32,000 bases of DNA. It comes from Schaalia odontolytica (lineage in GTDB: Bacteria; Actinomycetota; Actinomycetes; Actinomycetales; Actinomycetaceae). The stretch is taken from NCBI RefSeq assembly GCF_005696695.1, contig NZ_CP040006.1, positions 1,230,001 to 1,262,000 on the forward strand. The letters are read 5' to 3'. This document shows, piece after piece, positions 8,922 to 18,675 of this stretch. The position numbers were made by a program, and so were the translations under genes. Under the pieces are notes generated by a model, which ran no database searches, was not told the DNA's origin, and was given only the letters and a program-made list of their open reading frames with translations. Each line of letters opens with the position of its first letter. Positions within the stretch are counted from its first letter, which is position 1.

Positions 8922-9665
8922 ATGGCGGATGTCCACACGTTCGAGGTCTACCCAACCGTCGAGGAACTGAACGAGGCCGTGGGCCGTGCGTTCCTTGCTC
9001 GTCTCAACACGCTTATCGACGAGGCTGGAGCTGACTCGCGCGTCAACCTGGCCATCTCGGGGGGCGCCATCACGACAAGTCTCTTGCCGTCATTGCTCCC
9101 CCACGTGGGTGAGGTCGACTGGTCACGCGTGCGCGTGTGGCTGGTCGACGAACGCTACGTGCCGGCGGGAGACAAGGATCGCAACGACGATCAGGCGTGG
9201 GAGGGTTTCCTCCACGCGGCCGCGGGCGTTGAGTTCATGCGTATGCCGACCTCGGATGCGTCCGCTCCCGGCGCGGGTTCTCTCGACGAGGCGACCGCGG
9301 CGTTCGCTGACACGTGGCGCGATCTCATGGGCGAGGGTTCCTTTGACATCGCACTGATCGGCATGGGTCCCGACGGGCACATCTGCTCACTCTTCCCGGG
9401 ACGCGTCGATATGGACGAGGCCTCCCCCATTCTGGCGATCCGCAATTCTCCGAAGCCCCCGCCCGAGCGCATCACGGTGTCGATGCCCGTCATGCGTGCG
9501 TGCGCAGAGGCGTGGCTGACGACAGCGGGTGCAGCGAAGGCGGATGCTCTCGGGCGAGCCTTTGCGGGCGCGTCTCCCCTCGACCTCCCGGTCGCGGGCA
9601 TCCTTTCGCCCACGACGCGCCTTTACCTCGACGAGGCGGCCGCCTCTGCCATCGAGATCGCGTAA
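8922..9665 (+). CDS. pgl: 6-phosphogluconolactonase (DevB/Pgl)
   Basis: It belongs to the SugarP-isomerase family, with motifs LAISGGAI, DERYVP and GMGPDGHICSLFPG. ATG 8922 lies about 5 nt after GGTGAG. GTG 8916, which overlaps the opcA stop, is an alternative start. Confidence 0.85.
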   Translation: MADVHTFEVYPTVEELNEAVGRAFLARLNTLIDEAGADSRVNLAISGGAITTSLLPSLLPHVGEVDWSRVRVWLVDERYVPAGDKDRNDDQAWEGFLHAAAGVEFMRMPTSDASAPGAGSLDEATAAFADTWRDLMGEGSFDIALIGMGPDGHICSLFPGRVDMDEASPILAIRNSPKPPPERITVSMPVMRACAEAWLTTAGAAKADALGRAFAGASPLDLPVAGILSPTTRLYLDEAAASAIEIA

Positions 9666-9674
9666 CAACAAGGA

Positions 9675-10682
9675 TCAGGACACCGCCGATAGAGCGTAGA
9701 TGGCCACCGTCGCCAGCGCCCACAGCCCCATGATGAGCGCATACGGCCACCAGTAGCGCCGTGAGATCGCGATGAACTCACGAATAAAGGCAGTTGGAAA
9801 ATAATAGCTCGCCGTCTTTGAGCCCAGGCCATCCGCGTTGAAACCCACTGCACGTGCGTACATCGCAGTGCGGAACACGTGATAGTCACTCGTCACCAAC
9901 GCGGCTCGCTCCGGGGTGGCGCTACTAAGGCGCGTGATCAGATCCCGTGAATACGTCAGGTTCTCCCACGTCGTCGTGGATCGATCTTCCAGGACGATGG
10001 CCGAATCCGGTACCCCACGCGAGCGCAGGTACCGCGCCATGGCCTCAGCCTCCGAAATCACCTCATCGGTGCCTCGTCCGCCCGACGGAACAAAAACGCC
10101 CTTTTTGTCTTGCTTGACCCATAGGTCGTAAGCCCGATCGACACGCCCACGCAACAACGGCGTCAGGTCCGTGCCGTTCAACCCGGCTCCGTGGATAACG
10201 ATGAAGTCATACTGGCGCTTGCGCGGCAGTGAGCGGTACAGCCAGGAATATAGCAGCAGCGCGGTAAACGACAGGAAAAACCAAGCCCCGCATAGCGTCA
10301 GCGCGAACAGGAATCCGAGGACGAGTCCGGGAGCCTCAACGACGAGCGCCAGCGGAACCGCAAGGAACCAGGCAACAATCGCACATGCAAACAGCAGCGG
10401 CAGCGCGTGCGACAGCGAAAAGCCTTCGCGGCGCACCAACTGCACCTCGTTGACGAGCATGAAAATAATGGTGACGAATGGTGCCAGAGCGACAGCGAGG
10501 CCGATCGGAAGCGTGATCCACCACTGATCAAGCTGGGATGACAACGCTCCCAGAGCGGACGCACAAAGGAAAAAGAAGAAGAAAGCGTTCCGGAACTGAC
10601 GAGGTTCGCGACGGTACGACCAAATGAAAATGGCCCCCCACACGAGCGTGGGGAGCCATAGCACGATGTCGATCACGACCAA
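9675..10682 (-). CDS. Polytopic membrane protein with a DUF218/YdcF (SanA/ElyC-like) domain
   Basis: The N-terminal region has about 5 hydrophobic helices. The DUF218 core follows (DFIVIHGAGLNG, VPSGGRG, SEAEAMARYL, LEDRSTTTWENL, LVTSDYHVFR), and there is a C-terminal hydrophobic segment. The TTG start at 10682 directly abuts the secG stop, with GTG 10676 as an alternative. Confidence 0.75.
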   Translation of the reverse strand: MVVIDIVLWLPTLVWGAIFIWSYRREPRQFRNAFFFFFLCASALGALSSQLDQWWITLPIGLAVALAPFVTIIFMLVNEVQLVRREGFSLSHALPLLFACAIVAWFLAVPLALVVEAPGLVLGFLFALTLCGAWFFLSFTALLLYSWLYRSLPRKRQYDFIVIHGAGLNGTDLTPLLRGRVDRAYDLWVKQDKKGVFVPSGGRGTDEVISEAEAMARYLRSRGVPDSAIVLEDRSTTTWENLTYSRDLITRLSSATPERAALVTSDYHVFRTAMYARAVGFNADGLGSKTASYYFPTAFIREFIAISRRYWWPYALIMGLWALATVAIYALSAVS

Positions 10683-10934
10683 TCAGCCACCGAACTTCGC
10701 AAGCAGCGCGTAGCCGATGATGCACACCAGCCAGATGAGCAGCGTGCCCAGGGTGATGCGGTTCAGGTTACGCTCGGCGACACCGGAGGAGCCGGCCGAC
10801 GAGGAGATGCCGCCACCGAACATGTCCGACAGACCGCCGCCCTGTCCCTTGTGCATGAGGACGGTCAGGGTCAGCAGGATGCTGGTCAGGAAGATCAGCA
10901 CGATCAGGACGTTGTTCAGAATGGTCACGGTCAA
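10683..10934 (-). CDS. secG: Preprotein translocase subunit SecG
   Basis: The SecG signature LMHKGQGGGLSDMFGGG lies between two hydrophobic helices. The length and alignment to mycobacterial SecG favour TTG 10934 or GTG 10928. The track start at ATG 10973 is possible if the mRNA is leaderless. Confidence 0.85.
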   Translation of the reverse strand: MTVTILNNVLIVLIFLTSILLTLTVLMHKGQGGGLSDMFGGGISSSAGSSGVAERNLNRITLGTLLIWLVCIIGYALLAKFGG

Positions 10935-10981
10935 TCCAGTTTCTATCGCAGTTCGCCCCGGATCGGGGCACATATAGCTTT

Positions 10982-11010
10982 AGTCTAACTGAGAATGCCG
11001 GTGGGGCCAA
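10982..11010 (-). promoter_or_regulatory. Candidate secG promoter (TTGGCC-17 nt-TAGACT)
   Basis: On the minus strand, TTGGCC (11010-11005) is separated by a 17-nt spacer from TAGACT (10987-10982). The -35 lies inside the tpiA terminator stem. ATG 10973 sits 8 nt after the -10. Confidence 0.3.
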
Positions 11011-11033
11011 CCGGCACACCGGTTGGCCCCACC
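11000..11033 (-). terminator. Stem-loop downstream of tpiA
   Basis: A perfect 15-bp stem (11000-11014 pairing with 11019-11033) has a 4-nt loop. There is no U-tract, which is common in high-GC actinobacteria. Confidence 0.5.
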
Positions 11034-11090
11034 TCGCGTCCGCTCCGACCCAGCCTAAGTGGCCAGGCGGAGTGGGCGCGTCACGGCTTC

Positions 11091-11867
11091 TCAGGCGTAA
11101 AACGTCGCCATGGCGGCGAAGGAGTCAGCCTTGAGGGACGCGCCGCCGACGAGACCGCCGTCGACGTCGGGCTGAGCCATGAGCTCCTTGATGTTGTCGG
11201 GCTTGGCGGAGCCCCCGTAGAGGATGCGCGTGGACTCGGCGGTCTCGGCGCCGAAGTCCTCGGCCAGGGCGGCGCGGATGGCGCCGCACACTTCCTGAGC
11301 GTCCTCGGCGGAAGCGGTTTCGCCGGTGCCGATGGCCCAGATGGGCTCGTAGGCGATGACGATCTTGGCGACCTCTTCGGCCTTCCAGCCGGCGAGGGCG
11401 GCGCGGAACTGGCCGAGCACGAACTCGACGTAGGTGCCGGCCTTGCGGACCTCAAGGGCCTCGCCGCAGCACAGGATCGGGGTCATGCCGGCGTCGAAGA
11501 CCTTGCGGGCCTTGGCACCGACGAGCTCGTCGGACTCGCCGTGGTACTCGCGACGCTCGGAGTGGCCCATGACCACGTAGGTGACGCCGAGCTTGGTGAG
11601 CATCTCGGTGGAGATTTCGCCGGTGTAGGCTCCGTTATCGTGGATCGAGACGTCCTGGGCGCCGTACTTGATCTGAAGATCATCGGCGTCGACGATGGTC
11701 TGAACGGTGCGGATGTCGGTGAACGGCGGGATGACGAGGACCTCGCACTTGGAGTAGTCGTGGCCAGCGTCGGACAGGGCCATCGCCAGGCCCTGGACGA
11801 GGTGGTTGGCCTCGAGGTGATCGAGGTTCATCTTCCAGTTGCCGGCCATCAGGGGCGTACGTGCCAT
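11091..11867 (-). CDS. tpiA: Triosephosphate isomerase
   Basis: Motifs include MAGNWKMN, the active-site [11 protein letters not shown], and the ILYGGSAKP loop. The start lies 3 nt after the pgk stop. Confidence 0.95.
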   Translation of the reverse strand: MARTPLMAGNWKMNLDHLEANHLVQGLAMALSDAGHDYSKCEVLVIPPFTDIRTVQTIVDADDLQIKYGAQDVSIHDNGAYTGEISTEMLTKLGVTYVVMGHSERREYHGESDELVGAKARKVFDAGMTPILCCGEALEVRKAGTYVEFVLGQFRAALAGWKAEEVAKIVIAYEPIWAIGTGETASAEDAQEVCGAIRAALAEDFGAETAESTRILYGGSAKPDNIKELMAQPDVDGGLVGGASLKADSFAAMATFYA

Positions 11868-11870
11868 GAG

Positions 11871-13061
11871 TCAGTCCTCCAGAACTGCGATACCGGGCAG
11901 AACCTTGCCCTCGAGGAGCTCGAGGGAGGCGCCACCACCAGTGGAAATGTGGGAGAAGGTGTTCTCGTCGAAGCCGAGCAGGCGAACGGCTGCGGCGGAG
12001 TCGCCACCGCCGATAACGGAGAACATGGAGCCCTTGGACAGGGCCTCGGCGACGGCGCGGGTGCCGCCGGCGAACGCGTCGAACTCGAAGACGCCCATGG
12101 GGCCGTTCCAGGCGACGGTCTTGGCGGTCGCGAGCTTGTCGGCGAAGAGCTTCGCGGACTCGGGGCCGATGTCCAGACCCATCTGGTCGTCGGGGATCGC
12201 GTCGACCTTGACGACGGTCGCGGGCGCGTCGGCCGCGAACTCGGGGGCGACGATGACATCGACGGGCAGGACGAGGTCGACGCCGCGCTCTGCGGCCTCG
12301 GCGATGTAGCCCTTGACGGTGTCGATCTGGTCTTCCTCCAGGAGGGACTTGCCCACGGAGTAGCCCTGAGCGGCCAGGAACGTGAAGACCATGCCGCCGC
12401 CGATGAAGAGCATGTCAGCCTTCTTCAGCAGGTTGGCGATGACGCCCAGCTTGTCGGAGACCTTGGAGCCGCCGAGGACGACGCCGTAGGGGCGCTCGGG
12501 GTCGCCGGTGACCTTGGACAGGGACTCGATCTCCTTGAGGACGAGCAGGCCAGCGGCCGAGGGCAGCAGCTTGGCAATGTCGTAGACGGAGGCCTGCTTG
12601 CGGTGGACGACGCCGAAGCCGTCGGAGACGAACGCGTCGCCGAGCTTGGCGTACTCGCGGGCCAGCTCTTCGCGCTCTTCGTCGACCTTGGAGGTCTCGC
12701 GAGCGTCGTAGCGGACGTTCTCGAGCAGGGCGATCTCGCCCTCACCCAGGGCGGCGACGGTCTCGGTGGCGGACGGGCCAACGACGTCGGAGGCCAGCGT
12801 GACCTTCACGCCGGACAGCTCGGCGAGGCGCGTGGCGACGGGGGCCAGCGAGAAGGCGGGATCGACCTGACCCTTGGGGCGGCCGAGGTGGGCCATGATG
12901 ACGACCTTGGCACCGGCGTCGGTGAGGGTCTTGAGGGTCGGCAGCGCCGCGCGGATACGGCCGTCGTCAGTGATGACGCCGTCCTTGAGCGGAACGTTGA
13001 AGTCGGAGCGGACGAGGACGCGCTTGCCGCGCAGGTCGCCCAGGGTGGAGATGGTCCTCAC
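11871..13061 (-). CDS. pgk: Phosphoglycerate kinase
   Basis: Motifs include the N-terminal [11 protein letters not shown] and IGGGDSAAA, plus [14 protein letters not shown]. The GTG start has an AAGGA SD. Confidence 0.95.
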   Translation of the reverse strand: MRTISTLGDLRGKRVLVRSDFNVPLKDGVITDDGRIRAALPTLKTLTDAGAKVVIMAHLGRPKGQVDPAFSLAPVATRLAELSGVKVTLASDVVGPSATETVAALGEGEIALLENVRYDARETSKVDEEREELAREYAKLGDAFVSDGFGVVHRKQASVYDIAKLLPSAAGLLVLKEIESLSKVTGDPERPYGVVLGGSKVSDKLGVIANLLKKADMLFIGGGMVFTFLAAQGYSVGKSLLEEDQIDTVKGYIAEAAERGVDLVLPVDVIVAPEFAADAPATVVKVDAIPDDQMGLDIGPESAKLFADKLATAKTVAWNGPMGVFEFDAFAGGTRAVAEALSKGSMFSVIGGGDSAAAVRLLGFDENTFSHISTGGGASLELLEGKVLPGIAVLED

Positions 13062-13097
13062 GAGGAGTCCTTTCGGTCTGAAGGCGGTGGCGATGTA

Positions 13098-13133
13098 CGA
13101 GATGCCCGTGCACGAGCGTGCACGGGCATCTCG
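13098..13133 (-). terminator. Strong intra-operon stem-loop between gap and pgk (attenuator or processing-stability element candidate)
   Basis: A 16-bp perfect stem pairs CGAGATGCCCGTGCAC (13098-13113) with GTGCACGGGCATCTCG (13118-13133). The loop is 4 nt and there is no U-tail. Confidence 0.45.
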
Positions 13134-13168
13134 CTGATCAGCTCATGGCTGTTGTATCAGCTGTGTGC

Positions 13169-14380
<1,212 letters not shown>

Positions 14381-15364
14381 TCAGTCCTCTTCGAGCATGT
14401 CGAGGGTCAACGCAGATTCCGTGTCCGGGATACCTCGTTCGTGCGCGACCTTGTCCGCGAGAGCCAGAAGCCTGCGGATTCGACCGGCGACGGCATCCTT
14501 GGTGAGGGGCGGATTCGTGTGCTTGCCGAGCTCTTCGAGGGAGGCCTGCTTGTACTGCAAACGCAGCGTGCCAGCCTCAAGCAGGTGGGCGGGGACGTCA
14601 TCTCCGAGGATTTCGAAGGCACGTTCAACGCGGGCACCCGCGGCGACGGCCGCGCGGGCGGAGCGGCGCAGGTTCGCGTCGTCAAAGTTAGCCAGTCGGT
14701 TGGCGCTGCCCCGGGCCTCGCGGCGTTCGCGCCGCTCCTGCCATGCCTCGAAGGTCTGCGGGGCGCCCATGGCGGAGATCAGCGTGCCGATCGCGTCCGA
14801 ATCGCGGACGGAGACGCGGTCGGTGCCACGCACCTCCTTGGAGCGAGCAGAGGCGCCGAGCTTGCGCGCACAGCCAACCATCGCAAGAGCCACCTCCGGA
14901 CCGGGGCACGTGATCTCGAGCGAAGAAGAGCGTCCGGGCTCCATGAGCGAGCCGCGCGCGAGGAAGGCACCGCGCCAGATAGCCGCGGCCTCCGCGGTTC
15001 CGGAGGCGACAAGAACCGGGGGCAGGCCGCGCACGGGGCGACGCAGGGAATCGACGAGGCCGGTGAGGCGCGCAAGTTCGTCAGCCTTATGGACGACACG
15101 CACGACGTAGCGCTTGCCACGTCGCAGGGAAGAACCAGACACCACGACGACGGAGGACTCGGCGTTGTACAGGGCCTGCAGGTAGGTGCGCAGGCGCCGC
15201 GCGGCCACGGGCGAGTCAAGCTCGGCCTCGACGAGGATACGCCCACCCACGAGGTGTAGGCCTCCCGCGAAACGCAGCGTCGCGCTCACCTCAGCGGCGA
15301 CCTCGGACGGCGTCGTAACGACGGCGCGCGCCAGCTCGTCCTTCATGTCAGATGTCAGGGACAC
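14381..15364 (-). CDS. whiA: DNA-binding sporulation/cell-division regulator WhiA
   Basis: GTG 15364 gives an N-terminus of [16 protein letters not shown], matching the usual WhiA start (xxTxxVKDELSR). It has a LAGLIDADG-like middle region and a C-terminal HTH ([10 protein letters not shown]...[13 protein letters not shown]). The conserved rapZ-yvcK-whiA order supports the call. Confidence 0.9.
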   Translation of the reverse strand: MSLTSDMKDELARAVVTTPSEVAAEVSATLRFAGGLHLVGGRILVEAELDSPVAARRLRTYLQALYNAESSVVVVSGSSLRRGKRYVVRVVHKADELARLTGLVDSLRRPVRGLPPVLVASGTAEAAAIWRGAFLARGSLMEPGRSSSLEITCPGPEVALAMVGCARKLGASARSKEVRGTDRVSVRDSDAIGTLISAMGAPQTFEAWQERRERREARGSANRLANFDDANLRRSARAAVAAGARVERAFEILGDDVPAHLLEAGTLRLQYKQASLEELGKHTNPPLTKDAVAGRIRRLLALADKVAHERGIPDTESALTLDMLEED

Positions 15365-15409
15365 GGCTTCTCCAGATATGTCATGTCGTTTGTCAGCATG
15401 CAACAGGTT

Positions 15410-16414
15410 CTAAGGTAACCACGTTTCGGGCTGTCCGACCTCACCAAGGAAACCGTCAAATGCGTCACGCAGCGCAGCGGCGAGGCGCAGCGGGTCATGA
15501 TGCGGGGCGCCGTCACCCGTGCGCACCTGCCGTAACAGGACGCGAGCACCCAGTTCTTCGGCGGCCACGATCAGTTCGTCGATGTCGTCGCACGCCGTCG
15601 GATCCGCAACCACCACATCGAGCTTGAGCATGGGTGCGTACTCGCGCAGAACACGTACGTGGTCGGCGGTCGACATGAGATCGGTTTCGCCGCGCTGACG
15701 CGCCAGGTTCAGCACAAGCGCGCGGTGGGCGTCGGTCGTGGCAAGCGCGCGGTTAATCTCTGGCACCAGCAGGTGCGGGATCACGGAGGTGTACCACGAG
15801 CCGGGTCCCAGGACGACCCAGTCGGCCTCGGAGATAGCCTCAGTGACCGCGGCGGGCACCTCGGGCGCTTCAGGGGTGATGCGTACGTGCTCGACGGTGC
15901 CGGGAGCGACGGCGACCTTGGATTGACCGGACACGACGTAGCGGCGGCCACCGTCGTTCATATCCGCCTCGATGTCGATCGGCGTCGACGACATGGGCAG
16001 GACGCGGCCCTGCGCGCCGAGGAGACGACCGACCCAGTCGAGGCCTTCGACGGGATCATCGAGGAGCTGCCACAGGCCGGAGATCAGCAGGTTGCCGAGT
16101 GCGTGCCCGTTGAGGGGCCCGCTCGTATCCAGGCGCAGCTGCATGACGTCGCGCCAGGTCAGGCCCCACTCGGATTCCTCGCAGAGGGATGCCAGCGCCA
16201 TGCGCAGGTCGCCGGGAGGCAGGATCGGCATCTCCTCGCGCAGTCGGCCGGAGCTTCCGCCATCGTCGGCGACAGTCACAACAGCCGTCAGTGCGCGGGT
16301 GATATGGCGCAGGGCCCGCAGGGTTGCGGACAGGCCGTGTCCGCCGCCGAGGGCGACAATGTTTTGGCCGGATTCTCCACGTTGAACCCAGCCGGCTGCA
16401 TCAAGATAGGGCAT
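15410..16414 (-). CDS. yvcK: YvcK/CofD-family gluconeogenesis factor (UPF0052)
   Basis: Signatures present are IVALGGGHGLSATLRAL, VVTVADDGGSSGRLR and LGPGSWYTSVIP. The ATG overlaps the rapZ stop. Confidence 0.9.
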   Translation of the reverse strand: MPYLDAAGWVQRGESGQNIVALGGGHGLSATLRALRHITRALTAVVTVADDGGSSGRLREEMPILPPGDLRMALASLCEESEWGLTWRDVMQLRLDTSGPLNGHALGNLLISGLWQLLDDPVEGLDWVGRLLGAQGRVLPMSSTPIDIEADMNDGGRRYVVSGQSKVAVAPGTVEHVRITPEAPEVPAAVTEAISEADWVVLGPGSWYTSVIPHLLVPEINRALATTDAHRALVLNLARQRGETDLMSTADHVRVLREYAPMLKLDVVVADPTACDDIDELIVAAEELGARVLLRQVRTGDGAPHHDPLRLAAALRDAFDGFLGEVGQPETWLP

Positions 16415-17409
16415 CAGTCTCTCCCAATGTCACGGTGCATCACGCGAACCGTGTATCCGTGTGAGCGCAGGCGTTCGGCGATAGCCTCGGAAGACGCGAC
16501 GGAGCGGTGCTTTCCGCCCGTGCATCCGACGGCAATCGTGACGAATGGCTTCAATTCTGCCAGATAGCCGCTGAGCATGGGGGCAAGAAGGTCGGCATAT
16601 CCGAGAGCAAAATCGCGCGCGCCCGGCTGAGAGAGCACGTAGTCGGCAACTGCCTGGTCCTTGCCCGTCAGATGGCGCAGCTCGTCCACCCAGTACGGGT
16701 TCTTCAAGAAACGCACGTCGACGACATGATCGGCGTCGAGCGGGAGCCCATGCTTGAATCCGAAAGACTCAACCGTGACCTGCAGGGGGCGCTCCTCCCC
16801 CGCCACGATGTCGCGGATGCGCCTCGTCAGATCGTGGACGCTCATCGTGGAGGTGTCGATGACCTCGTCGGCCGCGCGACGCAGGGGCGCAAGCAGGCGC
16901 ATCTCGGCCTTGATGCCGTCCATGAGGGTGCCGGCGCCCTGGAGGGGATGCGGGCGACGGTTGGATTCATAGCGACGCACCAGAGTCTCGGGGCTGGCCT
17001 CGAGGAAGATGACGCGGTAGGCGATGCCCGCTCCCTTGAGCTGCTCGAGCGTGGCATCGAGCGTGCGGAAGAAGGTACGCGAGCGCACATCCACGCCGAC
17101 AGCCAGTCGGTGCACGCCCGCAGCCGGGTCGTTCGACATCATGCCGACGAGAGCGGGCAGCATCGTCGGCGGCAGGTTGTCGACGACGTACCAGTCCAGG
17201 TCTTCGAGCGCGCGGGCGGCGCCAGTGCGGCCGGCTCCCGAGTAGCCGGTGATGATGAGAACCTCGTTGGAGGCGCGCGGCTCGTACTTCACACGGGCCA
17301 TGTCACGCACGGCAATGCCCTCGGGGACCGTGGGAGGGTTCTCCTCGTTCATCGACGAGGTCTGGGCCTCGTCTGCGTCGTGAGCGTCCGTGGGTGTGTG
17401 GTCGGGCAT
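16414..17409 (-). CDS. rapZ: RNase adapter / nucleotide-binding protein RapZ (YvcJ)
   Basis: It has the P-loop ITGYSGAGRTGAA, ESFGFKHGLP, and the C-terminal GCTGGKHRSV. An AGGAGG SD precedes the start. Confidence 0.9.
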   Translation of the reverse strand: MPDHTPTDAHDADEAQTSSMNEENPPTVPEGIAVRDMARVKYEPRASNEVLIITGYSGAGRTGAARALEDLDWYVVDNLPPTMLPALVGMMSNDPAAGVHRLAVGVDVRSRTFFRTLDATLEQLKGAGIAYRVIFLEASPETLVRRYESNRRPHPLQGAGTLMDGIKAEMRLLAPLRRAADEVIDTSTMSVHDLTRRIRDIVAGEERPLQVTVESFGFKHGLPLDADHVVDVRFLKNPYWVDELRHLTGKDQAVADYVLSQPGARDFALGYADLLAPMLSGYLAELKPFVTIAVGCTGGKHRSVASSEAIAERLRSHGYTVRVMHRDIGRD

Positions 17410-17451
17410 GGCGTCCTCCTGACGGGTCGGCTGGTCGGGTAATGGGAGCTG

Positions 17452-18675
17452 TTAGGCGGAAGGTGCGGAGGCGTCGTCGATCGTGATGCCGGCGGCGGCG
17501 CGCCTGGCGATGACTCGCGCTTCCTTCGGCGTGCTCGCGGTGGTGGCGACGACGCCGACGCGCCTGCCGGCGCGGCTCACCGGCTTGCCGAAGATGCGCA
17601 CGATGTCGGCAGTTTCGAGGGCGCGAGCGACGCCGTTGTAGACGGGGATATCGACGGCGCTCGTCGACTTGATGACCGCCGACGCACCCGGGGTGGACTG
17701 GGCGGTCGAGACGGGCAGGCCGAGGATGGCTCGTGCGTGCAGCTCAAACTCGGACTGGGCTTGGGTCACCATCGTGACCATGCCGGTGTCGTGGGGGCGG
17801 GGCGACAGCTCGGAGAACCAGACGTCGTCGCCCTTCACGAAGAACTCGACGCCGAAGATGCCGAGGCACGGGCCATTTCCGGCCTCAGCCAGGGCATCGG
17901 TCACAGCCTTGGCCATCTGTCGCGCACCCTCGAGGGCGGACTCGCTCATGGCCATGGGCTGCCAGGATTCAACGTAGTCGCCGCCCTCCTGGCGGTGTCC
18001 AATCGGAGCGCAGAAGCTCGTCACGACGCTGCCGGAGGCGGCATCCCAGGAGCGCACGGTGAGCAGCGTGATCTCGTAGTCGAAGTCAACACCCTCTTCG
18101 ACAATGACGACGCCGGTCGTGGCGCGCGCGTCTTCCTCGGCGTGCGCCCAGGCGGAGGCGGCCTGCTCGGGTCCCGTCACGCGGGACTGACCGTGCCCGG
18201 AGGAGGACATCGTGGGCTTGACGAAGGCAGGGTAGCCGACCTCGTCGAGAGCTGCGGCCAGCTCGGCCTCGCTGCGCGCGAAGCGGAAGGCCGACGTGTG
18301 CACGCCGGGCAGGGATGCAGCGAGGTTGCGGATGCGCTGACGGTCCATCGTCGCCTGGACCGCGAATGCGTTGGGGACGACGCGCACGCCGCGCTCTTCA
18401 TAGGCGCTCAGCTCGTCTGTCGCGATGGCCTCGACCTCGGGAACAATGAGGTCAACATCGACGCTGTCGAGCACCTCACGCAGAGCCTGCGGGTCGCTCA
18501 TATCAAAAACGCGGGATTCGTCCGCGACCTGCATGGCGGGAGCATTGCCGTAGGAGTCGCAGGCGATCACCGTGCATCCGTAGCGTTGCAGGGCGATCAC
18601 GACTTCCTTACCGAGTTCGCCCGATCCCAGCAGCAGCACGCGTGCCGGCAGCGGCACGGGAAGCGTCGTTGTCAT
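17452..18675 (-). CDS. purT: Formate-dependent phosphoribosylglycinamide formyltransferase (GAR transformylase 2)
   Basis: This is an ATP-grasp enzyme with the PurT-type N-terminus RVLLLGSGELGKEV and C-terminal region (RIFGKP...GRRVGV). The ATG overlaps the uvrC stop as ATGA. Confidence 0.88.
   Translation of the reverse strand: MTTTLPVPLPARVLLLGSGELGKEVVIALQRYGCTVIACDSYGNAPAMQVADESRVFDMSDPQALREVLDSVDVDLIVPEVEAIATDELSAYEERGVRVVPNAFAVQATMDRQRIRNLAASLPGVHTSAFRFARSEAELAAALDEVGYPAFVKPTMSSSGHGQSRVTGPEQAASAWAHAEEDARATTGVVIVEEGVDFDYEITLLTVRSWDAASGSVVTSFCAPIGHRQEGGDYVESWQPMAMSESALEGARQMAKAVTDALAEAGNGPCLGIFGVEFFVKGDDVWFSELSPRPHDTGMVTMVTQAQSEFELHARAILGLPVSTAQSTPGASAVIKSTSAVDIPVYNGVARALETADIVRIFGKPVSRAGRRVGVVATTASTPKEARVIARRAAAGITIDDASAPSA

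Noticed and set aside
16414-17409. RapZ Walker A reads GAGRT, with Arg where the canonical P-loop has Lys
   Set aside because: As far as I recall, the mycobacterial orthologue (Rv1421) has the same GAGR-type loop. It therefore appears to be a lineage feature and not a pseudogene or novelty. I did not verify this by search.
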